Below are positions 8,805 through 17,652 of a stretch of DNA of 19,133 nucleotides, piece after piece. The position numbers and the translations under genes are program-made. The DNA comes from an uncultured Alphaproteobacteria bacterium (GTDB lineage Bacteria; Pseudomonadota; Alphaproteobacteria; Rs-D84). The stretch is taken from positions 1 to 19,133 of the forward strand of contig CAMRSV010000013.1 of NCBI GenBank assembly GCA_947053455.1, given 5' to 3'. Position 1 is the stretch's first letter; each line of letters starts with the position of its first letter. A model generated the notes under the pieces. That model was not told the origin of the DNA and searched no databases. It saw nothing but the letters and a program-made list of their open reading frames with translations.

Positions 8805-8833
8805 ATTATATATACAAACCAAAATATTGTCAA
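8805..8833 (-). promoter_or_regulatory. Perfect-consensus sigma70 promoter
   Basis: TTGACA-17 nt-TATAAT upstream of the 215-aa ORF. Confidence 0.8.
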
Positions 8834-8872
8834 GCGTTATATAGTTACAAATGCCCGCATACGGCATAAAAA

Positions 8873-9391
8873 TTAGTTTATGCGATATTTATTTCCATTT
8901 TCCTTGCCTGGCTTTAGGGCAAAAACCCACCACATTATAAATGTTGCCCAGTACAGAAAAACATACAGCCCCGCAAACACAGAAAATATCACCCCTTCGC
9001 CAAACCACACACCACATACAATCGTAATTATTTTAACGAATATTTCCGCCGTCACCGGCCAGTAATATATGCCTGCATTAAACCCGCAATCATGAATTCT
9101 GCGCACAAACAAAGCAATATTTGGGATTATAGTTCCAGCGACAGATACATACAGAAATATCATGCCAATAAAAAACGCCCACATTGAAACATGATAATAC
9201 AAGGTAATTAAAATCGCCGTCATGGAAATCGCGTAACAAATATAAGATAAAACAACCCACCATAACTCTGCACGCGTGGCCGTGCCGCTAAAATTAAAGT
9301 AACCTTTAAAAAAATTACGTAATGCCTGTCTAAACCCAACCATTTTTGGTTTTGGATGCTTTTTTTGCGCAGGCTTATTTTTTACTGTCAT
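8873..9391 (-). CDS. DUF805 (YhaH-like) inner membrane protein
   Basis: YFNFSGTATRAELWW, ALFVRRIHD and N.Y C-terminal motifs; several TM segments. Confidence 0.9.
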   Translation of the reverse strand: MTVKNKPAQKKHPKPKMVGFRQALRNFFKGYFNFSGTATRAELWWVVLSYICYAISMTAILITLYYHVSMWAFFIGMIFLYVSVAGTIIPNIALFVRRIHDCGFNAGIYYWPVTAEIFVKIITIVCGVWFGEGVIFSVFAGLYVFLYWATFIMWWVFALKPGKENGNKYRIN

Positions 9392-9429
9392 AGAAAATCC
9401 AAATTAAATTATAAACGATTTTTTACATA

Positions 9430-10089
9430 TTATCCGTGAAATCCGGTTGCAACAATAAACATTTCAACCGAATCCTTGCGTGATGCGGGTGGTTTTATAT
9501 GATGCACCGCATCAAATTTTTCTTTAATTTGCTTCAAGAGTTCATTTGTTGTCCCGCCCGTAAAGGATTTTGCCACCATAACACCACCAGGTTTTAATGC
9601 ACGAACCGCAAAATCAAATGCATATTCCAGCAATACCATCTGACGAATATGGTCCGTTTTCTTATGTCCAACAGTATTTGGCGCCATATCTGATAAAACA
9701 ACGTCAACCGTACCGTTTTTTGCCGCGTCATCCGGCAGTCCCAGTTTTTCGATTAACCATTGCAACGCCTCTTCACTGGTGAAATCACCCTGATAAAATT
9801 CGACGCCCGGTATTGGTTTTATTTCCAACAAATCCATTGCAAAAACACGGGATTTTGGAAATTCACGCATCACATACTGGGTCCAAGAGCCTGGTGCCGC
9901 CCCCAAATCAACGACAACCTGGCCGTTTTTCAGAAATTTGAACTTTTCGTTTATTTCAATCAATTTATATGCCGCGCGTGCGCGATAACCGTCACGCTGG
10001 GCACGCGCAACATACGGATCCGCCGCCTGGCGCTGCAGCCACGCGACGGATGATTTCTTTGCGGCAATTTTCTTGTTCAGTATCTTCAT
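9430..10089 (-). CDS. rlmE: 23S rRNA Um2552 2'-O-methyltransferase
   Basis: GYRARAAYKL, DLGAAPGSW, SDMAP and KPPASRKDSVE motifs. Confidence 0.97.
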   Translation of the reverse strand: MKILNKKIAAKKSSVAWLQRQAADPYVARAQRDGYRARAAYKLIEINEKFKFLKNGQVVVDLGAAPGSWTQYVMREFPKSRVFAMDLLEIKPIPGVEFYQGDFTSEEALQWLIEKLGLPDDAAKNGTVDVVLSDMAPNTVGHKKTDHIRQMVLLEYAFDFAVRALKPGGVMVAKSFTGGTTNELLKQIKEKFDAVHHIKPPASRKDSVEMFIVATGFHG

Positions 10090-10437
10090 TTATTTCGTAT
10101 TGCGGCGCGCTTTATCTGCATTGTGGTGTATTTGAACAATCGTGTTTTGGCGCTTGAAGCGTTCCAACGCATCTTTTTCTATTTTAGCGCGAACATTATC
10201 CGCATATTTCTGCGCGGCATCCTTTGGCCCTGCATATTGCGAAAACAGCGCTTCGTTATCATCAGAAAAATGCAATACTTTGGTGCTGTCGCGCCCCTTT
10301 TTGTCGCGCATACACACAAAAACATCATATCCAATGTATTTTAATTCACCATGAACCAGCGCATGACGTTTAACCGGCCCCTGAACGCCGACAATTTCTT
10401 TTTTAAGGAAATTATTCAGAAACATTTTCAAACTCAT
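10090..10437 (-). CDS. Hypothetical protein, one AP2-like beta-beta-beta-alpha unit (tentative)
   Basis: GAGG RBS; stop abuts the rlmE start; similar to the neighbouring ORF. Confidence 0.75.
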   Translation of the reverse strand: MSLKMFLNNFLKKEIVGVQGPVKRHALVHGELKYIGYDVFVCMRDKKGRDSTKVLHFSDDNEALFSQYAGPKDAAQKYADNVRAKIEKDALERFKRQNTIVQIHHNADKARRNTK

Positions 10438-10449
10438 ATCAACCTCTTT

Positions 10450-11019
10450 TTATTTCCAATTACCGTGCAATTGACATTGTTTTGTGTTTTTTACCATTTT
10501 TAGCATTTCTGCATAAAATTCGCTTGCCGCCGCCAATGGATTCGGACACTTTTCGCTTTTTTCAAAATGAAATATTTTTGTTTTTGGCGCATTGTTATAA
10601 TAAGAGCACAATACAGATACAGAAAAACACATGTCTTTGACACTGCCATATACTTTGGAAACGTCATAAAATCTATATCCGAATAATTCCATGGTCTCAA
10701 TCTGGGCACGGGCGGTTGTCAACTGGGGCTTTGGTGCGACGGGCTGGACGGCATCTATCTTGTGCTGAACCCGCATTTTATAACGCAGGGCGCGAATATA
10801 CGCCCCACCGCGTCCATTGTCTGTTTTTGAATACACCTGAAAGAACAGGCTGCGTGGCGAATGATGCCGATATGACACGAACAAGTTATAGCCCAAAAGT
10901 TCCCTCGGCGTATATTTATCATGCGTATAGTAATATTCTACAGGGCCGTTTACCGCAACAGGCGTCCAGTCAAACAATTGTTTGACTTTGCTAGATATGA
11001 CCCCAATATTTGTTTTCAT
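10450..11019 (-). CDS. Hypothetical protein, two AP2-like units (tentative)
   Basis: Tightly coupled to the upstream gene (2 nt gap); internal duplication resembling 10090-10437. Confidence 0.75.
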   Translation of the reverse strand: MKTNIGVISSKVKQLFDWTPVAVNGPVEYYYTHDKYTPRELLGYNLFVSYRHHSPRSLFFQVYSKTDNGRGGAYIRALRYKMRVQHKIDAVQPVAPKPQLTTARAQIETMELFGYRFYDVSKVYGSVKDMCFSVSVLCSYYNNAPKTKIFHFEKSEKCPNPLAAASEFYAEMLKMVKNTKQCQLHGNWK

Positions 11020-11021
11020 TT

Positions 11022-11549
11022 TTATTTATTCCCACTTGTAGTTGTACCGGCACCTTGTTGCATTTTGGCCATTACAGCCTCCATACCACCCATTTTCTGA
11101 ATCATTGCCATTTGTTTTTTCATATTTAAATATTGCTTTATAATGTGTTCAACATCACGCACGGTGCAACCCGCCGTTTCGGCAATGCGCGTCTTGGCGT
11201 TGGCAAAGATTTTATCGGGTTCCGCACGTTCTGCCGGCGTCATTGCCTCCAGTATTTTAATCTGGGCGTCAATGCTGCCATCTTTTATCTTTTCCTTCAT
11301 AGCGTTGATTGCCCCAGACATTCCCGGCACCATTTTCAACAACCCACTAAATGTACTCATTTTTTTAATCTGCTTTAACTGGGCCAGCATATCGTTCATA
11401 TCAAATTGCCCGGTCATCATACGTTGAGCCGTTTCCTTCATGCCAGATGGAATTTTTTCCTCCATTTTTTTCAAATCTTTTTCCGACATGTTTTCAGGCG
11501 CATTATTTTCCGGCGCTACATCCGCTTTCTTTTTTCCAAAACCAAACAT
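11022..11549 (-). CDS. Stand-alone SRP54/Ffh M-domain (signal-peptide-binding) protein with no NG domain
   Basis: FDMNDMLAQLKQIKKM..LLKMVPGM and AMTPAERAEP..RIAETAG.TVRDV..IIKQY follow the Ffh M-domain pattern; Met-rich; AGGAG RBS. Confidence 0.85.
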   Translation of the reverse strand: MFGFGKKKADVAPENNAPENMSEKDLKKMEEKIPSGMKETAQRMMTGQFDMNDMLAQLKQIKKMSTFSGLLKMVPGMSGAINAMKEKIKDGSIDAQIKILEAMTPAERAEPDKIFANAKTRIAETAGCTVRDVEHIIKQYLNMKKQMAMIQKMGGMEAVMAKMQQGAGTTTSGNK

Positions 11550-11576
11550 ATTGCTTCTCCTTTTTTTATAAAAATC

Positions 11577-14435
11577 TTATACTTTTTTTACCGCTTTGTC
11601 CAGATATGGTTTCAAATACCGCCCCGTCAGCGATTGCGGCGCCGCCGCGATTTGTTCCGGTGTGCCAACGGCAACGACATTACCGCCCGCAGCCCCACCA
11701 TTTGGTCCCAAATCAATAATCCAATCGGCGGTCTTTATCACTTCTAGATTATGTTCAATAACAATAACGGTATTGCCCTGCTCAACCAATTCATGCAGCA
11801 CGGACAACAACATCTTTATATCTTCAAAATGTAGTCCGGTGGTTGGCTCGTCCAGAATGTATATGGTTTGTCCGGTACTGCGCGCGGCCAACTCTTTGGA
11901 CAATTTGATACGCTGTGCCTCGCCCCCGGACAAATCCAATGAACTTTGCCCTAATTTGATATAATCAAGCCCCACGCGCCGCAGCAGTTCCAATTTACGC
12001 GATATTTTCGGGACATTAACAAAGAAACGGTATGCCTCTTCCACGGTCATGTCCAGAACATCCGCGATGGATTTTCCCTTGTACTTTACCGCCAAGGTTT
12101 CATCATTGTATCGCGCACCATGGCATTTGTCACATTCCACATATACATCGGCCAAAAAGTTCATTTCTATCTTAATCTGGCCATCACCCTGGCATGCCTC
12201 ACACCGTCCCCCCTTTACATTAAATGAAAAGCGGCCGGCGGTATATCCACGCATCTTTGCCTCTGGCAGGGCGGCAAAGAAATCACGAATATCGGAAAAT
12301 ACACCGGTATATGTGGCGGGATTGCTGCGCGGACTACGACCAATTGGCGACTGGTCAATATCAACAATCTTGTCCACGTTTTCCATGCCTTGAATTATGT
12401 CGTGCGCGCCCGTTTCCACCTTGGAATTATACATCGCGCGCATCAATGCCGGATACAATGTATCGAGCAGTAATGTCGATTTCCCCGACCCAGACACACC
12501 GGTCAACGCCACAAATTTCCCCAGTGGGAACTCTACATCTATGTTTTTCAGATTATTTTCACGTGCACCGAAAACCTTTATTGATTTTCCATTGCCCGAA
12601 CGGCGTTTTTTCGGCACTTCTATCTTGCGTTTGCCGGACAAATATTGGCCGGTCAGTGAATCCTTGTTCTTTATAACCTGTTGCGGGGTGCCATGCGCCA
12701 CGACATTTCCGCCGTTAATACCAGCCCCACGCCCAATATCAACCAAATAATCCGCCGCCCGCATGGCGTCTTCGTCGTGTTCAACAACAATAACCGTATT
12801 GTCCTTGTCACGCAGCATTTTTAACGTATCCAGCAATTTGTCATTATCACTCTGATGCAGACCAATTGACGGTTCATCCAACACATACAAAACACCGGAC
12901 AGGCCACTGCCGATTTGCGACGCCAGACGGATACGCTGTGCCTCGCCCCCGGACAAGGTTCCGGACATACGCGACAGCGTCAGATACCCCAGGCCAACGT
13001 TTTGTAAAAACGTTAAACGACTGGTTATCTCGCGCAGAATTACACGGGCAATGTCATTATCTTTCTGCCCCAGATGATTTGGCAAATCATTAAACCAGCG
13101 CAGCGAATCATCAACCGCCATATCGGATACATCCATAATATCCATTCCGTTGATTTTAACACACAGCGCCTGGATATTAAGACGTTTGCCATGACATACC
13201 GGGCATGGTTTTTCAGCCTGATATTTAGCTAATTCAGCACGCATTGACTCGGATTCCGATTCGCGCCAGCGGCGTTCAATATTCGGGATTACGCCTTCGT
13301 ACGGTTTTTCATATACAAAGCCATTCCAGTTTATTTTTATGGTCTCATCCCCGCTGCCGTATAAAATCAGGTCTTTTTGTGCCGCCGTCAATGTATGCCA
13401 CGGCTTTGACATCGGGATTTTGTATTTTTTATGCAGCGCATCCAGCAAATGTTCAAACTGGGTCAGCATGCCACCACGCGACCACGGTGCAATGGCTCCG
13501 TCCAGAATTGACTTTGACGGATCAGGCACCACCAAATCGGGCGACATATTAAGCTGCACGCCCAAACCGTCGCACGCCGTGCACGCCCCCATTGGGGCAT
13601 TGAACGAAAACAGACGCGGTTCTATTTTAGGCACGGCAAAACCACTGACGGGGCACGCATAATTTTGAGAATACAATATGTCTTCATCTGTATCCAAACG
13701 CCGCACCAGAACAGAGCCCGGAACCAAGCGTAACGCCCCCTCAAACGAGGCATACATGCGCGATTGAAATTCTTCACGCTCTTCATCTGTTGTGTCCGCC
13801 GTCGGCATTTGCAATCTGTCGACAATTACAAATATATTGTGTTTCTTGTTCTTGTCCAAACCCGATACTGATGCCAAATCACGCAATTGCCCATCGATTA
13901 TCGCGCGCTGATATCCCTGCTTTATCAAGAATGCAATTTCTTTTTTATATTCACCCTTGCGGTCGCGAACCAACGGCGCCATTATATAGACCTTTGTCGC
14001 GGGCGGTATGGACATGGTCATGGCGACCATTTCCGAAATTGTCTGTGACTTAATCGGCAGGCCAGTCACCGGTGAATGCGGAACCCCGATGCGCGCCCAC
14101 AGCAATCGGAAATAATCATAAATTTCCGTAACGGTACCAACGGTTGAACGCGGATTTTTTGATGTCGTTTTCTGCTCAATCGATATGGCCGGCGCCAGAC
14201 CTTCTATCAAATCGACATCAGGTTTTTTCTGCATATCCAAAAACTGACGCGCATAAGACGACAGAGATTCTACATATCGGCGCTGACCCTCGGCATAAAT
14301 TGTGTTAAACGCCAGGGACGATTTTCCAGATCCAGATACGCCAGTAAAGACCACCAATTTATTCTTTGGCAGGTCTATGTCAATATTCTTAAGATTATTT
14401 TCGCGTGCACCGCGAATTTTTATAATTCCACTCAT
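11577..14435 (-). CDS. uvrA: Excinuclease ABC subunit A
   Basis: Two GVSGSGKS Walker A motifs, two LSGGEAQR signatures, zinc-finger CxxC motifs, 952 aa. Confidence 0.99.
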   Translation of the reverse strand: MSGIIKIRGARENNLKNIDIDLPKNKLVVFTGVSGSGKSSLAFNTIYAEGQRRYVESLSSYARQFLDMQKKPDVDLIEGLAPAISIEQKTTSKNPRSTVGTVTEIYDYFRLLWARIGVPHSPVTGLPIKSQTISEMVAMTMSIPPATKVYIMAPLVRDRKGEYKKEIAFLIKQGYQRAIIDGQLRDLASVSGLDKNKKHNIFVIVDRLQMPTADTTDEEREEFQSRMYASFEGALRLVPGSVLVRRLDTDEDILYSQNYACPVSGFAVPKIEPRLFSFNAPMGACTACDGLGVQLNMSPDLVVPDPSKSILDGAIAPWSRGGMLTQFEHLLDALHKKYKIPMSKPWHTLTAAQKDLILYGSGDETIKINWNGFVYEKPYEGVIPNIERRWRESESESMRAELAKYQAEKPCPVCHGKRLNIQALCVKINGMDIMDVSDMAVDDSLRWFNDLPNHLGQKDNDIARVILREITSRLTFLQNVGLGYLTLSRMSGTLSGGEAQRIRLASQIGSGLSGVLYVLDEPSIGLHQSDNDKLLDTLKMLRDKDNTVIVVEHDEDAMRAADYLVDIGRGAGINGGNVVAHGTPQQVIKNKDSLTGQYLSGKRKIEVPKKRRSGNGKSIKVFGARENNLKNIDVEFPLGKFVALTGVSGSGKSTLLLDTLYPALMRAMYNSKVETGAHDIIQGMENVDKIVDIDQSPIGRSPRSNPATYTGVFSDIRDFFAALPEAKMRGYTAGRFSFNVKGGRCEACQGDGQIKIEMNFLADVYVECDKCHGARYNDETLAVKYKGKSIADVLDMTVEEAYRFFVNVPKISRKLELLRRVGLDYIKLGQSSLDLSGGEAQRIKLSKELAARSTGQTIYILDEPTTGLHFEDIKMLLSVLHELVEQGNTVIVIEHNLEVIKTADWIIDLGPNGGAAGGNVVAVGTPEQIAAAPQSLTGRYLKPYLDKAVKKV

Positions 14436-14509
14436 AACTAGTATAATATATACGAATTATTAAAAATTTCAACATTTGCGAAAAAGATTTTTTACCCGTT
14501 TATTTTTAT

Positions 14510-14532
14510 AAAAAAAGGGGGCCCCAGCCCCC
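14510..14532 (-). terminator. Intrinsic terminator after rodZ
   Basis: GGGGGC-TGGG-GCCCCC followed by T7 on the minus strand. Confidence 0.75.
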
Positions 14533-14549
14533 GAATTATTTATTGCCGA

Positions 14550-15398
14550 TTATTCCGTCGGCCCCGCCATTAATGCGGACGGCGTCAAAGAAATCCCGGC
14601 CTTGCGTACATGACCAACACCAATCTTGGGCGCTAATTTACCGCCAACCCACGCATCTATGCCGCCAACATTGCCAAATGTCGCCTTGTACTTGTTCCCG
14701 GACGGGACGTAATAAATGTCCCCCGGTACCAGAACACGGCTAAACACTGTGTTGCCACGGGCATCTTCAACCTTGACCCATGATTCTTCGGTCGCTTGCA
14801 ATACAACCTCGGCAGTTTCACGGTTTTCCGTTCCAAAGCGTTCACGTATTTCAACGTTATACTTGGTTTCCGTCGGGGCGGCCACAGTAACAACATTGTT
14901 CGTGATTGGCGTCACCTCTTCCTGACTTTTTGGTATAAACGCGACCATTGCCACAATTGCCGCAACAACCAAAATCACAATTCCCAGAATCCATTTCCAA
15001 TTCCGCCGCAAGAATTGCACAACCCGAGACCCCGTCGCCATAGATGCAACAGTGGCCGGCGCATCTTCGTCCGCGTCATCGGTGGGCACTTCACCCGGAA
15101 CATTACCTGCACCGTCGGTATTTATACCCATTTCCACTTTTATCTTTGCCACAATTTCATCCGGATCCAACCCCAATTCCATTGCATAATTGCGCGCAAA
15201 CCCCAGAATATAAACCATCTCTGGTATTGCTGTATAATTTCCATCCTCCAATGCCTGCAGGAAATCTTCCCTTATACACAACTGCTTTGCAATTGTCTGA
15301 ATTTCCCGCTTGCGTCGGCCGGTGGTACGCGCATTGCGCAGTATTTCGCCGACAGTCATTTCTGCAGTCTGTTGTTCAATGTTTTCATTTTCATTCAT
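14550..15398 (-). CDS. rodZ: RodZ-like cytoskeletal protein (HTH, TM, DUF4115)
   Basis: VGEILRNAR..LCIREDFLQALEDG..GFARNYA HTH, a single TM, and a C-terminal ATEESWVKVED...FGNVGG domain. Confidence 0.88.
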   Translation of the reverse strand: MNENENIEQQTAEMTVGEILRNARTTGRRKREIQTIAKQLCIREDFLQALEDGNYTAIPEMVYILGFARNYAMELGLDPDEIVAKIKVEMGINTDGAGNVPGEVPTDDADEDAPATVASMATGSRVVQFLRRNWKWILGIVILVVAAIVAMVAFIPKSQEEVTPITNNVVTVAAPTETKYNVEIRERFGTENRETAEVVLQATEESWVKVEDARGNTVFSRVLVPGDIYYVPSGNKYKATFGNVGGIDAWVGGKLAPKIGVGHVRKAGISLTPSALMAGPTE

Positions 15399-15441
15399 AA
15401 CTTTTTCCCCTGCTTGTTTTTAATCTTTATAATCATAGAAT

Positions 15442-16362
15442 CTATGCACATCCAACGCAACCCCAAAATTTGCATATTTCGTTTTTTAATTCATCGGCGT
15501 CGGAAATTGTATTTACCCGAATACGAAATTCGGACGAATGTGGCATGCCCGCACAGTACCACGCCGCATGCTTGCGAAACATAGGCACAGCCGTGCGTGC
15601 ACCGTAATATTCAATTGAATATTTCAAATGCCGCAATACAACATCACCGATATTTTCAGGTTCCCTGCCGCCCGCTATTGTCTGCAAAACCCATGGCCGC
15701 CCAAGTATGGCGCGCCCAATCATAGCCCCACAATAGCCCAGTTTTTCCGCACGCAATACATCATCAACAGTTTTTATGTCCCCGTTGGCAATAATTGGAA
15801 TCGGTGCGTCATGTACGTCCGGCAAATTTGCAGGCCCGACATACAACTGTGAACGTGTGCGTCCATGCAACGCGGCGAATCGCACCCCGCAATCGGCGGC
15901 AATATCAATCAAGTCACGCCAATCGCGATGTTCTTCATCCCACCCTAGGCGCGTTTTTATCGATACCGGCACACCCGCGGCGCGTACAACGGCGCGCATT
16001 ATTTTTTCGGCCAATTTATGATCCCGCATAAGAAACGCACCTGCACCTGCACGTGTTGCAACCTTTGGCACCGGGCACCCCATGTTTATATCAATCCATT
16101 TTGCCCCTGCGTCCGCCAATATTTTCGCGGCATCACCCATCAAATCGACATCTGCGCCAAAAATCTGGGCGCCTATATTGCCTTCGTCATCATAACAATC
16201 AAAATTACGCAGACAATTCTTATGCCCACCCACCAGCGAATGACACGAAATCATTTCCGTAACCAGCGGAGCCGACGGTGAAAATTCCCTGACAATGCGG
16301 CGAAACGGCCGATCCGTAATCCCAGCAAGAGGTGCAGCAAAAATTTGATTATCACCAAACAT
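15442..16362 (-). CDS. dusB: tRNA-dihydrouridine synthase B
   Basis: APLAGITD, DINMGCP, KTRLGW, HGRTR, IANGDI and MIGR motifs. Confidence 0.95.
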   Translation of the reverse strand: MFGDNQIFAAPLAGITDRPFRRIVREFSPSAPLVTEMISCHSLVGGHKNCLRNFDCYDDEGNIGAQIFGADVDLMGDAAKILADAGAKWIDINMGCPVPKVATRAGAGAFLMRDHKLAEKIMRAVVRAAGVPVSIKTRLGWDEEHRDWRDLIDIAADCGVRFAALHGRTRSQLYVGPANLPDVHDAPIPIIANGDIKTVDDVLRAEKLGYCGAMIGRAILGRPWVLQTIAGGREPENIGDVVLRHLKYSIEYYGARTAVPMFRKHAAWYCAGMPHSSEFRIRVNTISDADELKNEICKFWGCVGCA

Positions 16363-16398
16363 TTATGATATAATGCCACCGATGAAAGAAAAAATCAA
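16345..16398. promoter_or_regulatory. Overlapping divergent promoters for dusB and the ftsB-like gene
   Basis: Plus strand TTGATT-18-TATAAT-7-ATG(16382); minus strand TTGATT-17-CATTAT-7-ATG(16362); the two -10 boxes overlap. Confidence 0.6.
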
Positions 16399-16708
16399 AA
16401 ATTTCTTTGGGTTTATATGGCGCGCATGGACGGGTGGAATACGTGGCAAATTTGGCCTACTGTTCGCCATATTCGCACTATTTATGTTTGTACGTATATT
16501 CTGGGGCGAGGTTAATGTCCAAAAATTCATCATGAACATATGGCGCCTTAACGCGGAACAGGAACAGTTAGTCGCAGAAACGCAAAAGCTTAATTACCTT
16601 AAAAGCCATATTGAACTATTACAAGGCTACAGCCCAGACTATGTTGAAGAATTGGGATTAAAATATCTAAACATTGGTGATCCGGCCATAAAAATCTTAA
16701 AAATGTAA
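16382..16708 (+). CDS. ftsB: Septum formation initiator (FtsB/DivIC family)
   Basis: One TM ending in FWG, a coiled coil, and a DYVEELGLKYLN...P motif; the start is probably the second ATG (the ORF track gives 16373). Confidence 0.7.
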   Translation: MKEKIKNFFGFIWRAWTGGIRGKFGLLFAIFALFMFVRIFWGEVNVQKFIMNIWRLNAEQEQLVAETQKLNYLKSHIELLQGYSPDYVEELGLKYLNIGDPAIKILKM

Positions 16709-16730
16709 AAAATTGACCGTGGTACACATA

Positions 16731-17367
16731 TCAAAACATACACTTTACGCCGATAATTATTTCATGCATGTTTAAGTTTTTTTTTATGCTGTCAGAATTA
16801 ATTTTATATTTTGTTTTTCCAATATCGGTATATCTGTAAAGCAAATCAAGCGATAATCCATCAATTATCATATACCCAATCCCGGCCGAAATATTCCATG
16901 CAAACGCATGCGCATGATGCGAATTTGCATAAAAAGTGAACGCGTCACTTTCGCCAAATTCTGATAAATCCAGTTTTATATCAACATCTACGACGCTTTT
17001 TGCCATGCCACCCCCCCACCCCCAACAATATAAAAAAATTCGAAAAGATTTCCGTTTCCTGGGTGATATTAAAAAAATATGTGTAAATATCGTTTTTTTC
17101 CATCCCGTGCCCAGGAAGACCACCCGGCAAATCCGCAATCATTTTTACCCCGGAAATATCAGAAAATTCTAATTCAAACCCCATTGCATCAATCCCCGCC
17201 CCCAGCGCAATTTTATAAGACCAAGCAGAATCATCCCGATTTCCATACCCAGAATATTTGGTTCCGACATTCGTATGCGCTGACCGTAATGCAAAAAACA
17301 TTCCATCGGCAGCATACGCGTGCGGTACCATGCAAAATATCACCGTCATGCAAATAAAATTTCGCAC
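16731..17367 (-). pseudogene. Outer-membrane beta-barrel protein (OmpA-TM/opacity-like), frameshifted at a homopolymer tract
   Basis: GTG start at 17367 with an AGGGGG RBS and signal peptide; removing one base near G7 (17011-17017) joins the two ORFs into 211 aa with FAWNISAGIGY, LDLLYRYTDIG and a C-terminal Phe. Confidence 0.8.
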
Positions 17368-17394
17368 AGAATCCCCCTTTTGAATTTCGGGAAT

Positions 17395-17421
17395 AAAAAA
17401 GACCACCATATAAGGGTGGCC
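17395..17421 (-). terminator. Leader terminator overlapping the 3' end of the c4-like RNA
   Basis: GGCCACC-7 nt-GGTGGTC followed by T6. Confidence 0.7.
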
Positions 17422-17502
17422 GGGGAGATTCCAAAATCAGTTTAGTAGTGATTCTGTTAGCCTTTCAGTTTCCCGTGTTATATAGCCAACAGCTCCCCGA
17501 CC
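17414..17502 (-). ncRNA. Putative ~89-nt tRNA-like c4/CI-type antisense RNA
   Basis: Closing stem GGTCGGGGAG/CTCCCCGGCC followed by ACC; inner stem CTGTTGGCT/GGCTAACAG; unpaired b' and a' segments. Confidence 0.6.
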
Positions 17503-17652
17503 TGCATGACGGGGACATGACAATACAGGATATATTGCCATATCATCTAACGACGCGATTGCGCCGACTAAACCAGGCTTGGAACAGCCCCGAACCCAAT
17601 TCCCATTAGGGTTCTGGTATATAATGCACTCTATAAACCAAAATTTCAATCT

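Larger units (their letters stand above)
17367..17649 (-). promoter_or_regulatory. c4/CI-like antisense-RNA leader cassette, copy 2
   Basis: TTGAAA(17649-17644)-17-CATTAT(17626-17621); hairpin 17592-17614; a1 TTCCAA (17584-17579) and b1 GTTTAGT (17573-17567) are complementary to a' TTGGAA (17434-17429) and b' ACTAAAC (17446-17440); the a' arm is also complementary to the RBS. Confidence 0.72.

Noticed and set aside
14436-14510. LexA/SOS box upstream of uvrA
   Set aside because: No GTTC-N7-GTTC or CTGT-N8-ACAG match is seen
14796-15584. 262-aa plus-strand ORF
   Set aside because: It is antisense to rodZ and dusB and has no protein-like features; it is a shadow ORF, like the many others opposite uvrA, tkt, hisS and prfA
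17437-17649. 70-aa ORF inside leader copy 2
   Set aside because: Its TTG start is the -35 box itself and lies upstream of the predicted transcription start
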